From: a virus | Strand: one strand, 5' to 3' | DNA: 64,000 nucleotides | Virus record (IMG/VR): IMGVR_UViG_3300032313_000668 | Coordinates: 32,001-96,000 of that record | Shown: positions 10,671-20,100 of the stretch, piece after piece | Layout: every line of letters begins with the position of its first letter | How positions within the stretch are numbered: the first letter of the stretch is position 1 | Notes under the pieces: generated by a model | Told to the model about the DNA's origin: nothing | Databases searched by the model: none | Seen by the model: the letters and a program-made list of their open reading frames with translations, nothing else | Position numbers and translations under genes: made by a program

Positions 10671-11063
10671 TTACCCAATAATTCGACGCATGTTATCTGT
10701 CAAATAGCGGTTAGCAGGAGTTCCTGGGTGGCGCACCATGTGCGCGAACACAATTTGCCCTTTGCTTACAAAACGAAGCATTTGGGCAGTGTTTGGTTTA
10801 ATTAGGTGAGGCTTTGTACCTTCATGGTGGGCTCTGGCATACCTTAGAGGTGAGCCAATTCGTACATATTGACCACGAGGGTCAGCAAAATGACGCATGT
10901 GTATAGAAGAACGAAGTGCCCCAGTGCTGACACCAACTTGACGTTTTGCACCAGCTTCAATCAGTCGACCCCTGCGTGCCAGGTATCTACCTACCTCGCC
11001 GCTAGGACTATCCAAGAAGTTGTCCATGACAGGCTTACGAAAAACAAATTTAGATGCAACCAT
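10671..11063 (-). CDS. HK97 gp10-like neck/tail completion protein
   Basis: TGALRSSI, YARAHHEGT and HPGTPANRYL motifs. Confidence 0.75.
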   Translation of the reverse strand: MVASKFVFRKPVMDNFLDSPSGEVGRYLARRGRLIEAGAKRQVGVSTGALRSSIHMRHFADPRGQYVRIGSPLRYARAHHEGTKPHLIKPNTAQMLRFVSKGQIVFAHMVRHPGTPANRYLTDNMRRIIG

Positions 11064-11569
11064 TACGGAATTGCCATTGTGATAGTCATACTTGTGGTTG
11101 TAAATCCACCTTCAGGCTGGCTACCATCTACCGTGGCAATAACTCCAAGACCTGGGAATCCGTCATCACCCCAAGTATCAAGAAGGTTTACGCTTTCCAT
11201 CAAAACCCAAGCGTCTAGGGCTGCTACTCGGTTAGCTTCTTGGATGTCATCAGCATGAGGTGCTTGACCATTTTGCTGAGTAGTTGGAACTGCGCGAGAT
11301 ACTGAAATATTTAATGTAGCGCTACGTGGGTCATGACAGCGACGAGGTGTGGTCGCTTCATCTCCAGGAACACCAAGATACATTTGGATAAAAGAAACTA
11401 CAATTTGTTCGCACTCAACGGCTGGAGCACCAAAAGTGTAATAGCGACGACTAGGCAGTGGCATATTAAATGAGTCATATGCTGTAATAACTCGGTCTAA
11501 AACTCCCTGAAGCATATCTGCTAAGTTTTTTGCATCATCTGATACAGCTGAGGTGTTTACAATAGCCAT
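11063..11569 (-). CDS. putative tail terminator
   Basis: Position in the neck module; C-terminal PEGGF motif. Confidence 0.55.
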   Translation of the reverse strand: MAIVNTSAVSDDAKNLADMLQGVLDRVITAYDSFNMPLPSRRYYTFGAPAVECEQIVVSFIQMYLGVPGDEATTPRRCHDPRSATLNISVSRAVPTTQQNGQAPHADDIQEANRVAALDAWVLMESVNLLDTWGDDGFPGLGVIATVDGSQPEGGFTTTSMTITMAIP

Positions 11570-11584
11570 GTCATTAACCTCTTT

Positions 11585-12727
11585 TTAAGCAATCGCGATT
11601 GGGATTGAGCTTGGCTGCCCTAATTGATAGATAACATTTCCTGTTAGCAAATTGATGACCTCATCTACTGCAGGGTTTCCTAAACTAGGACGAGATGCGT
11701 ACAAATCTACTGTTCCTGGGTCACGAGGACCTAAGACAGACAAAATGTCTGCATACGAAGCGCTTAGTCTAATTGTACCCTCTACAGAGTCCAAAACAGC
11801 GGCACTTTCTAATGTTTTTGTTACCGTGTTATTAAAGTTTGACATTACTGCATACACATTCCAAGATTCATCATCTGTAAGGAAGTCTCCACCAAACTCA
11901 TTTAGGTAGTAGACCTGGGTTCCACCTGTAGAGGTGACATATAAATCAAATGCAGATAGCTCAAAGGCTGGTGAATGACCAATAATTCTACGAGCACGAG
12001 GTGTGTCTGGGGAGAACACCCGAGAACGTGCACGAGCTTTGTCTGGGTTGGCAGTTTTAAGAAAAAGGTCTACTGCATAGATACCAGTCTTTAGTTCATC
12101 TACGAACGACTGGTTATCTAAGACTGTATAAGTTACACCCTGTCGAGCAACGGTTGTTACACGCTGAGGTAGGGCGCAAGTGTCGTCATTTTCGTAAAGC
12201 TTTACAAGTTCTGTAGCCAAGATACGTGCTGCTGCTTTTCCAGCTGATGGTGGAGGAGAACCATATGTGTAAGTGACTTCTACGTTGGCTGCAGACCAAT
12301 TAGCATTTGGTGTACCAAAAATCGTAGAGTGGTCTGAAAGATAATAAGTGGATGGGTCAATAATTTCACCATCTTGATTGCGGAGAGCATGTACTTCAAC
12401 AACTTTACGACCACGCAGGCGTACACGGCTGTATGAAGAACTTCCATCTCCTTGGTAGTCTCGGTGGGAGTAACGACCAGAACCACCCTGAGGAACGTTT
12501 TCTACCTGTCCCTCTATAAGAATTGGGGTGTAGTTAAACCTAGAGCCACCAGCTCTTAGGAATGGGTCATAAGCGGATACATAACGCTCTGTAACAGTTG
12601 TAGTACCGCTGAACTTGCGTCCTGACAATGCCCAAAGCATGTAGGAAGCAGTTTTTACAGCTTCATATGCGTAATCGGAGTCAGCGTAAACACCAAGCTC
12701 TTCGACATCTGTCCAGAGATTGCTCAT
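11585..12727 (-). CDS. head-to-tail adaptor with C-terminal extension
   Basis: LWALSGRKF, VTYTYG.PPP and CALPQRVTTVARQGV motifs. Confidence 0.8.
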   Translation of the reverse strand: MSNLWTDVEELGVYADSDYAYEAVKTASYMLWALSGRKFSGTTTVTERYVSAYDPFLRAGGSRFNYTPILIEGQVENVPQGGSGRYSHRDYQGDGSSSYSRVRLRGRKVVEVHALRNQDGEIIDPSTYYLSDHSTIFGTPNANWSAANVEVTYTYGSPPPSAGKAAARILATELVKLYENDDTCALPQRVTTVARQGVTYTVLDNQSFVDELKTGIYAVDLFLKTANPDKARARSRVFSPDTPRARRIIGHSPAFELSAFDLYVTSTGGTQVYYLNEFGGDFLTDDESWNVYAVMSNFNNTVTKTLESAAVLDSVEGTIRLSASYADILSVLGPRDPGTVDLYASRPSLGNPAVDEVINLLTGNVIYQLGQPSSIPIAIA

Positions 12728-12752
12728 TCCGTCACCTTATCCTTTTAATAGT

Positions 12753-12803
12753 AAAGGCGGGCAGAAGCCGAGTAGATAAACCACCTACGGCAATCTGCCC
12801 GCC
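12753..12803 (-). terminator. hairpin terminator/attenuator after the major tail gene
   Basis: GGCGGGCAGA...TCTGCCCGCC inverted repeat with a short T-run on the minus strand. Confidence 0.6.
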
Positions 12804-12811
12804 CGAACTAA

Positions 12812-13858
12812 TTACGCTGTTGGGTCCTCAGTTGAAGCAATGATGAAGTCAATTGCATCGTCTGGGTTGTATGTGTCAGAACCTGGAACGTTGTATGTAT
12901 CTGTTGAACCTTGTGAGTCAAAGTCAGATACTGCAAGATATCCACGAGCACGGACTGCTGAACCTACTGGGCTAACTGCTGTAGATGCAACATCTGTTGC
13001 AACCTTTGCATAGCGGAAGCTTGTTGTAGTTGGAACTGCAGTGATTGTGTAGGTTCCATTGAAAGTGGAATCTACGCTGCTGATTGTTACAGACTGACCA
13101 ACTTCGAATCCGTGTGCTGAACCTGTTGTAAGGGTTGCAACGTTTGAAGTTAGAGCCTTGTTGTTGATAGTCTTTGTTGACTCGTCGAACCAGCGGTAGA
13201 AGCCCTTAAGACCCTGAGGTGCCCAGTCAGTGCGTGCATAAGCGTATGGACGCTCAGTCGCGATTGGGTACTCCCAACGGCCATCAAGACCTGAATCAAA
13301 TTCAATGTTTCCAAGGCCGTAACCTTCGAATGTGTTAGCAAGAAGACCATTCTCAATTACACGGTCACCTGACTGACGAAGCTTGACGTATGGGAATACC
13401 CAGTAGAAGTAAGGAAGTGTGCTTGCACGCTTTCCGTCCTTAACTGCGAAAGACCATACCTCAACAGCAACACCGTTGCCTGCTGGGTCATCGCCAACGG
13501 CAGGGGCAGCCCAACCAATTGACTTGTTCTCTGGTGATGCGTAAGAACCGAAGTTCTTGCGAAGTAGCAAACCACCTGACATAAGAGCTGTTAGCTCTGG
13601 GTCTGGGTCGCAAATTGCGATTTCCATAGTGATTCGCTTGAGGGTGTCAGGAGCTTTGTAAGATACACATACTGTACCGTCTGCTGACTTCTCAACGATT
13701 TCGTCACCCTCTTCATATTCAGGGGTGAATGATGTACGAAGGAATGCAGAGGTAGTGTAGCTATCTCCTGCACCCGTTAGTAGGTTGCCAGCGGCGTCAA
13801 GTCGAGTGACTCGGATTGCAACGCCTTGGACGCTGGCTGCGTAGTCCTGTGTAGCCAT
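12812..13858 (-). CDS. major tail (tube) protein with C-terminal inserted module
   Basis: RVTRLDAAG, EGDEIVEKSADG..C and YFYWVFP motifs; one TTGSAHGF..GQSV.I module. Confidence 0.88.
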   Translation of the reverse strand: MATQDYAASVQGVAIRVTRLDAAGNLLTGAGDSYTTSAFLRTSFTPEYEEGDEIVEKSADGTVCVSYKAPDTLKRITMEIAICDPDPELTALMSGGLLLRKNFGSYASPENKSIGWAAPAVGDDPAGNGVAVEVWSFAVKDGKRASTLPYFYWVFPYVKLRQSGDRVIENGLLANTFEGYGLGNIEFDSGLDGRWEYPIATERPYAYARTDWAPQGLKGFYRWFDESTKTINNKALTSNVATLTTGSAHGFEVGQSVTISSVDSTFNGTYTITAVPTTTSFRYAKVATDVASTAVSPVGSAVRARGYLAVSDFDSQGSTDTYNVPGSDTYNPDDAIDFIIASTEDPTA

Positions 13859-13888
13859 TCCTGATGCTCCTTTGTTGGTTTCTTAGGC

Positions 13889-14779
13889 TTAGTCGCTAGG
13901 TAGTGTCACTCGCATGGCGAAGTGCATGCTTGGGTCTGCGTAGGCTGCCGCTGGGCGGAATGCCTTGATACGCATGTTGTTAATTGTAACATCTGCACCT
14001 TGAGCCAAGTTTTCGTTTACAATCTCGACTTTGCCAAGATGCACCTGAACCGAACTAGTTGCATACATCCACTTGTTAGTTGCTGACGCTGTTGCGTTGG
14101 CATCTCCAATTGGACCGTTACCTGTATAACCAGAGCCAATAATGACGTCTGTACCTAAACGAGTCATAGCCCGTCCAGAATTCTCTGTTTCGCCCTTTTT
14201 GTAGATAAGACGTGAGCCAAGGATTGAAGCCATATCGCGGGTCATGTGAATAACACCGTTCTCACCTACAGGTGAGGAGGCAATTGCTTGCTCAAGAATC
14301 ATTAGGGCATTTTCTGGCTTTTTAGCGCCAGACACTGGGATTGTTGCTGCACCTGACTTGCGTAGGTACATATTTGTTGCAGCATCAGTTTCTTCCTGAG
14401 CTGCAGCGCCTTCCCAAAATTCAAACTCAAGTGCCTTTTGTGTAACGCAGTCAAGTGCTTTGGTAACTTGAGCAAAGCGGTCCTCGCCTGGAAGGCTAAA
14501 TGTTGAATCAAAAAGCTCAGCATCGATGAAAAATGGGACATAGTACTGATAGTTGTTATCAGCCTGATTGTCAGTTAGTTCTCCAGATGCGATTGTCTCG
14601 TCGTTTACTGTAAGTAGACGAACATATGAAGGCATGCTGTCAAACTCATAAGCAAATTTTCTAACCCAACGCTCATCGCGCTCACGCGCTGTGTGCATCA
14701 TTACGTTAGCAACGCTCAGAATTCCGCAAGGGGCTTGAACTAACTCACCAGCGGGGAAAACCCCATTAAATGTAGCCAT
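13889..14779 (-). CDS. second capsid protein (capsid pentamer-like)
   Basis: Follows the major capsid gene; LEFEFW.G, GVIHM and TRLGT.VIIGSGY motifs, like the pentamer proteins of cluster B-type actinophages. Confidence 0.7.
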   Translation of the reverse strand: MATFNGVFPAGELVQAPCGILSVANVMMHTARERDERWVRKFAYEFDSMPSYVRLLTVNDETIASGELTDNQADNNYQYYVPFFIDAELFDSTFSLPGEDRFAQVTKALDCVTQKALEFEFWEGAAAQEETDAATNMYLRKSGAATIPVSGAKKPENALMILEQAIASSPVGENGVIHMTRDMASILGSRLIYKKGETENSGRAMTRLGTDVIIGSGYTGNGPIGDANATASATNKWMYATSSVQVHLGKVEIVNENLAQGADVTINNMRIKAFRPAAAYADPSMHFAMRVTLPSD

Positions 14780-14842
14780 TTCTTTTATTACCTCTCTTAG
14801 AATCCTGAGCGTTGCCTATGTAACGTTAACTACTTAGTCGGC

Positions 14843-16972
14843 TTAGTACTCGACTGCTGCAGCTGTTGCGCCACCTGTTGTGTCACGGAGAGCTGCTGCT
14901 ACACCGTTCACTGAGATGGTTGATGTGATTGCAAGACCCTCGATACCGACCTTTGCGATACCTTCGAATGTCTCAACGAACATCTTGTAGTCGTTAGTTC
15001 CGACTAGAGATGAGTCGCGGATGATTCCAAGGTCCAAAGTACCACCGTCAAGGAACAAGAATGTTCCCTCAGCGAATAGGTACCAGGTGAAGCTGTCTGC
15101 GAACTCAAGAAGTGCAGATGCACCCTGAGCGCCGTAGACGTTCTGGTCGAGAGAGTAGCTCACTACAACGCCACGAGCTGACAGGTAACCGTCAATCTCA
15201 CTGTAAGCGTTAAGTGTTGAATCACCAGGCATTGCAAGAGCAAGGTCAGCAGCCATAGCGTCCTTAACCCATGAAGGGATAATAACGCGTAGTGGAGCAT
15301 CAGCCTCTAGACGGTGACGTGAACGGTAAGCAGCTGCAGCGCGTCCAACCTGTACGAGGAAGTCGCGACCAAAACCGATTAGTGAAGAAGTTGTAACAGC
15401 TGTTGAAGCTGATGCAATCTTAGCTAGAAGGTTCTGCTCTGCCTCACGAGCGTGCTGGATTAGACCAAGCTCGTTGTGGCGTGCGATTAGCTCTGGGTAA
15501 GCGCGTGTTGCTAGGTTACCGAACTGTAGCTGTAGAGTTACAGCGTCAGTTGCGACGGTGTTTTCTCCAGCAGCAGTCACTGTCAAGCTAGCCTTTGCAG
15601 CAGGGTTTGGAGTTGTAGCTGCATCATTAGCAGCTGTCCATACGCCTACAGCGTCAGCATAGTCTGAAAGCACTGGTGGGGTGATGAAGCGGATTCCGCC
15701 ACGGTCAGCCTGGAAACGAGGAAGAGCATCGCGCACTGGGCGTCCTGTTGTTCCGAATCCAAAGATGTCGTAACGTGCTTCGAATGGTGCAACGTGTCCA
15801 CCAGCAGCCACAATGGCTTCTGGGGATGTTACATTGTTAATCTTTGCCCAGTTGGACTCAGCATCTGTTGTCAGAGTGCGGTCTTCAGGGAAAGATGTGG
15901 TGATAGATGCAACGATGTGCTGCTCTCCATCTCCACCATTTACACGACGCAAAGCGTGGATACGCTTTTCCATTGCTGATGCAACAGATGTCATGTCTTC
16001 TAGAGCGGAACCTGCGCTGTAGCCAGGAATGTCAGCACCTGCCGTGATTGCCACGGGTGCGGCTGATACCTGAGTAACAGGGCGGCGGTCCGCTGGGACC
16101 TCTGGAGTGAGGTCTGCGTTTGCAGCGGCGGTCACTGGTGCCTCCATTGTTTCCTGAGCTTCAGTTGTTGAAAGCTCAATTGTTGTGGTTTCTTTGTTTG
16201 ATGCTTCTGCATCTTCTGCAACATCTGCTGCAGCGTCATCTTCAGCTACTGCTGAGTCATCTGCTGCTTCATCTGCTGCTGGTGCTTCTGCTTCTTCAGC
16301 AGGAGCTGCTTCTACTTCAACTTCGGCTGCTGGAGCCTCGTCTTCTGCAGATGCAATTACTGGTGCCTCGGCTACAGGAGCCTCAGCTGTCTCGGTTGTT
16401 TCAGTCGAGAGCTCGGCGGTCTCTACCGCTTCTGTTGATGCTTCGGACATAGTTTTCTTCTCTTCCTCTTCCTTGTCAGCTTCTTCCTTAGATTTCTCTT
16501 CGGCTGGAGCTTCCTCGGAAGAAACGGGAGCGTCTGCAGCGGGTGCTGCTTCAGCTACGGGGGTTTCCTCTACCATTGGGGTTTCTGCAGGAGCGTCTTC
16601 CTTCTTGTCCTCGACAGGCATTTCTGCTGTCTCAGCCATAGGCATCTTCTCTTCTTCTGCAGGCATTTCCTCTGGGGTTTCGGAAGAGTCTTCTGAACTA
16701 TCTTCCTTTGCTTCGTCATCTGCCCCATGTACACGAGTAGCAGCTTCAGCGGCACGCTGAGCGAGCTCCTGAATTGCGGTCTCGCGGGTCTTGAGCTCAG
16801 TACGAACTGAGTCAAGCATGTCGGCAAGCGACGTCATAGCATCAACTGTCTGCGGAGTAGGCTCTTCGCCCTCGACCGATTCGAATTCGCTGACGATTGA
16901 CTTCTGAAGCTCTGCGACTTGTGCGTCGTCGAGTTCAGAGAGTGAATCCATCATCTCTTTGATTCGGTCCAC
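14843..16972 (-). CDS. major capsid (hexamer) protein with acidic N-terminal scaffold-like region
   Basis: About 300 aa of E/A/P-rich N-terminus; AAGG, RGGIRF, YPEL and GTLDLGIIRDS.L..TNDY..F.ETFEG motifs; strong RBS. Confidence 0.92.
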   Translation of the reverse strand: MDRIKEMMDSLSELDDAQVAELQKSIVSEFESVEGEEPTPQTVDAMTSLADMLDSVRTELKTRETAIQELAQRAAEAATRVHGADDEAKEDSSEDSSETPEEMPAEEEKMPMAETAEMPVEDKKEDAPAETPMVEETPVAEAAPAADAPVSSEEAPAEEKSKEEADKEEEEKKTMSEASTEAVETAELSTETTETAEAPVAEAPVIASAEDEAPAAEVEVEAAPAEEAEAPAADEAADDSAVAEDDAAADVAEDAEASNKETTTIELSTTEAQETMEAPVTAAANADLTPEVPADRRPVTQVSAAPVAITAGADIPGYSAGSALEDMTSVASAMEKRIHALRRVNGGDGEQHIVASITTSFPEDRTLTTDAESNWAKINNVTSPEAIVAAGGHVAPFEARYDIFGFGTTGRPVRDALPRFQADRGGIRFITPPVLSDYADAVGVWTAANDAATTPNPAAKASLTVTAAGENTVATDAVTLQLQFGNLATRAYPELIARHNELGLIQHAREAEQNLLAKIASASTAVTTSSLIGFGRDFLVQVGRAAAAYRSRHRLEADAPLRVIIPSWVKDAMAADLALAMPGDSTLNAYSEIDGYLSARGVVVSYSLDQNVYGAQGASALLEFADSFTWYLFAEGTFLFLDGGTLDLGIIRDSSLVGTNDYKMFVETFEGIAKVGIEGLAITSTISVNGVAAALRDTTGGATAAAVEY

Positions 16973-17136
16973 TGTCCCTCCTTGGGCAGTTAAGTAGAAC
17001 GGAAACGTTCTATTCGCTGATTAGTCGAGGCCGAGGGACTCCGAGACGCACTGGGGCGTGGAGGCACTCTACCTGATTAAATAGTACATCCACCTGAAAA
17101 AGGTGATTGTACGATTTTCGTACTAATTCTGGTTCT

Positions 17137-20100
17137 TTAAGTTAGAAGCCTGAGCAGCTTAGACATCTGGGAAGAAATCTCGGACTGGTTGTAGTAATCA
17201 GCACCAGACATAAAACCCTTTAAATCTTTAGTGGCAATATCGGCATCTTCTGAGCCAATCTTGTCTTCAACTTTTTTAATCATATCTTTCATCAAATCCT
17301 GCAAAGCAGGTGGGATATCCGAGAATCTAATCTTTGTAGCAGTCTCTCCGAAAGCGAATGGTAAGTTAGCAATAACTTTTCCAAGTTCTGCGGAGCTAGT
17401 TCTGATGTTCTCTAAAGATTCAGGATTCAACGCTTTTGCGTCCAATCGGTCAATAATCCCAATCAAATCGGCTGCTGCGTCAGCTGAAGCCTTGTAGTCT
17501 CCAGCATTATCAAGGTTTTCAGCCTCTTCAACCTTTTCTACGACTCTTTGTAAGCCTGAAGTTCCTAAATCTTGCTTTAGTCGAGCAAGAACCTGACGGA
17601 ACTTTCCTGAAGTGTCTCGTGGCTGTGTTTCAGGTGTGTACTTAACCCGAGAATCATCTTTTTTTGGGGCGGCTTTTGCTTCCTGCTTTAGTGCTTCAAT
17701 TTCCTCAGGAGTTAGGTCCTCAATGATGTCATCCACGCCAGCAGCGGTCAAAACATCTTTTTCAAAAAGTGCTTCTGAATTTGTAGATTTTGTTGCAAAT
17801 TCAATGCGCTCTCTTAAATCAGCAGTCATGTCATCAATAGTGAATTCAGAGGAGGCAACCTTCCAGTTTTCTGGGATTAGGTCGCGACGGTCTAGGGCAC
17901 GAGCCTGCTTCATAATGTGCTTGCGAACAGCAGCTTTATGCCCTGGCTTTGCACGACCATATGCCTGAACTGCGTTACGCAAATCAGAAATATTTCGGAT
18001 TGGGTATGACCCGTCCTTTAGGGCCTTACCTTCTTGAGCAAGGCGCTCGCGGACTCGACGAGAAACTACTGCTAGTTCTTTATCGGTGTCATCATCCATT
18101 ATCTGATTCATGTAGTCAGAGTCAGCATCAATATCTTCTTTAGTTTTACGGACTTTAGCTGCAAGCTCTGCTTGACGCTTAGTCAAAATTTCTGTGTTGT
18201 AAGATGCAAACTTTGCACGAGCCTCTTCAGCAGCAGCAAGCATTGGAGCCTTCTGAGCCATTTCGAGGTTGTTAACTTTTGCGCTAAGTTCTGCAAGTGG
18301 GTCATGCTTTAGTTGAGCAAGTGTTGAAGCACCTGCAGCAACTAGAGCCATAACCTGACCAGAGGCAACGCGAGCACGAGCAATTGGGAAGCCAGGAACA
18401 TTTACCTGACAAACTGCAACGAGCTCAAGGGCACCCTTAATTGGACGCCAGTCACCTGATGGAGCAGACGCACGAGCTGCACGAATTTGCTCGGGGGTTG
18501 TGCCAGGTCGTAATGAACCTGAAACCCAAATTCCGTAGGCATCTTCTCCTGCATGTACATCTGCGAATGCTGAGGCAGTGTCGTCATAGTGACGAACTGC
18601 TTGCTCAGCAGAGGCTTCAAGACCAGCGTGTCCGCCAGCCAAAGTTAGTTGACCAACTGGCACATCCGTACCATTTTCGGTACGTAATACTCCAGTGTGG
18701 AAGTAAGCATATTTGCTACGAGAGCGTGGTGGGCGAGTACCAAAGGCCATACCAATGTGGTCTACATGCCAAGCAGCAATGTGACCGAATACGCGACCAT
18801 CATCACCAATAGTGAGAGGAGTTGCCTTAGTTAGTTTTGGGTTGTCGAACCATTCTGCTGGTGGCTCATTGGGAATTGCGCCAGCTACCATGCCACAAGC
18901 AACAAGTGCTGAAGCATCTAGCGGGTTCACCCCGTCCACATATACGCCATCTGGAACTAGCACATCTTCCTCCTGTATCTCAGCGCCATCATTAATAATT
19001 TGAATGAAGCACTCTTGGAACGCTGGTTTAGGCACGATAGTTACCGCCATGATACGGGCGTTCTTGATATTAATTCTACCTGACTCTATTTTCTTTGTAT
19101 CTTCAGAATCATCGCCAGTAGACTCTTCTACAACCTCTTCGTCAGCCTCGAACTTGTCCATATCAGCTGATACTCCACGGATAAACCCGTGACGAACTAA
19201 GCGCTCTGCTTCCATACCGAACTGGCCCTTGTCAAAGACTCCATAAGCATTTCCTATGCCGCCATCGACTCGTTCCATGTGGGTAATCTGTCCAACAACT
19301 ACAGAACCATCGTGTCCAGCCCCTGTTTTGATTTGCCATAGGAGCGGTAGAGGCAGGTCACGCATTGAAATAGCGCCTGCTTCAAAGATTCGACCATCGC
19401 CAGTCTCAGTTCCTTCGGGGATTACCAAAGGAATAGTGAACTTAGCACCGTGTTCTGTTGGGGTAACACCTTCGCGTCCCACCATGCGAGATTTAGCAGC
19501 TTCAGCGCGAGCTCGGAGAGTGAACTCCCCAATAACTTGCTCTTCTGGCTTTAAAGTTTCAACTGCAGCAGATGCTCGAAGACTCTTCTTCTTACGTCCT
19601 GGATTGTTCTTGTCTCCAGGCCAAATACCAGTCATCTCCTTGTGGCGTAGAGCGCAGTAACCCTTTGAGCGAGGTCCCAAATACTTAGCAAGCTGTTTGT
19701 GGCATCTAGTCCAGTCTCCTGGGCTTCCCCAGCGAATCTTTAAACCGCCCTTACCAACTGTCCAGTAACGACGAAGCTTCTCAGCGTTGCCACGGTTGCG
19801 GTCAGCACCACCTGCAGCTTGGATTGAGGCAATCAAAGCATTATTAGATAGTGCAGCTGCAGCTGGAATACGAACTGAAGCAGTTACTGTCTTGCTATCA
19901 ACTTGCTTAAGAACCTCGCACAAATCTGGAGTGCTTAATACAACAACAGGTGGTGGTGTTGGGCTGTTTAGGTCAGCCATAATGCGGTCGTTGCGTTCCC
20001 ACTTGTTATTGCGACGAACAAAAGTAGCTGGAGTACTGCTCTTAGTGCTTGCTGGTACAAGAGAAACAAGTTCCATAACTGCACTTGGGTCATCTTCAGC

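Noticed and set aside
16120-16760. Plus-strand Ser/Ala- and Leu-rich ORFs
   Set aside because: Antisense shadows of the low-complexity capsid N-terminus; the same applies to most plus-strand ORFs in 1-36 kb
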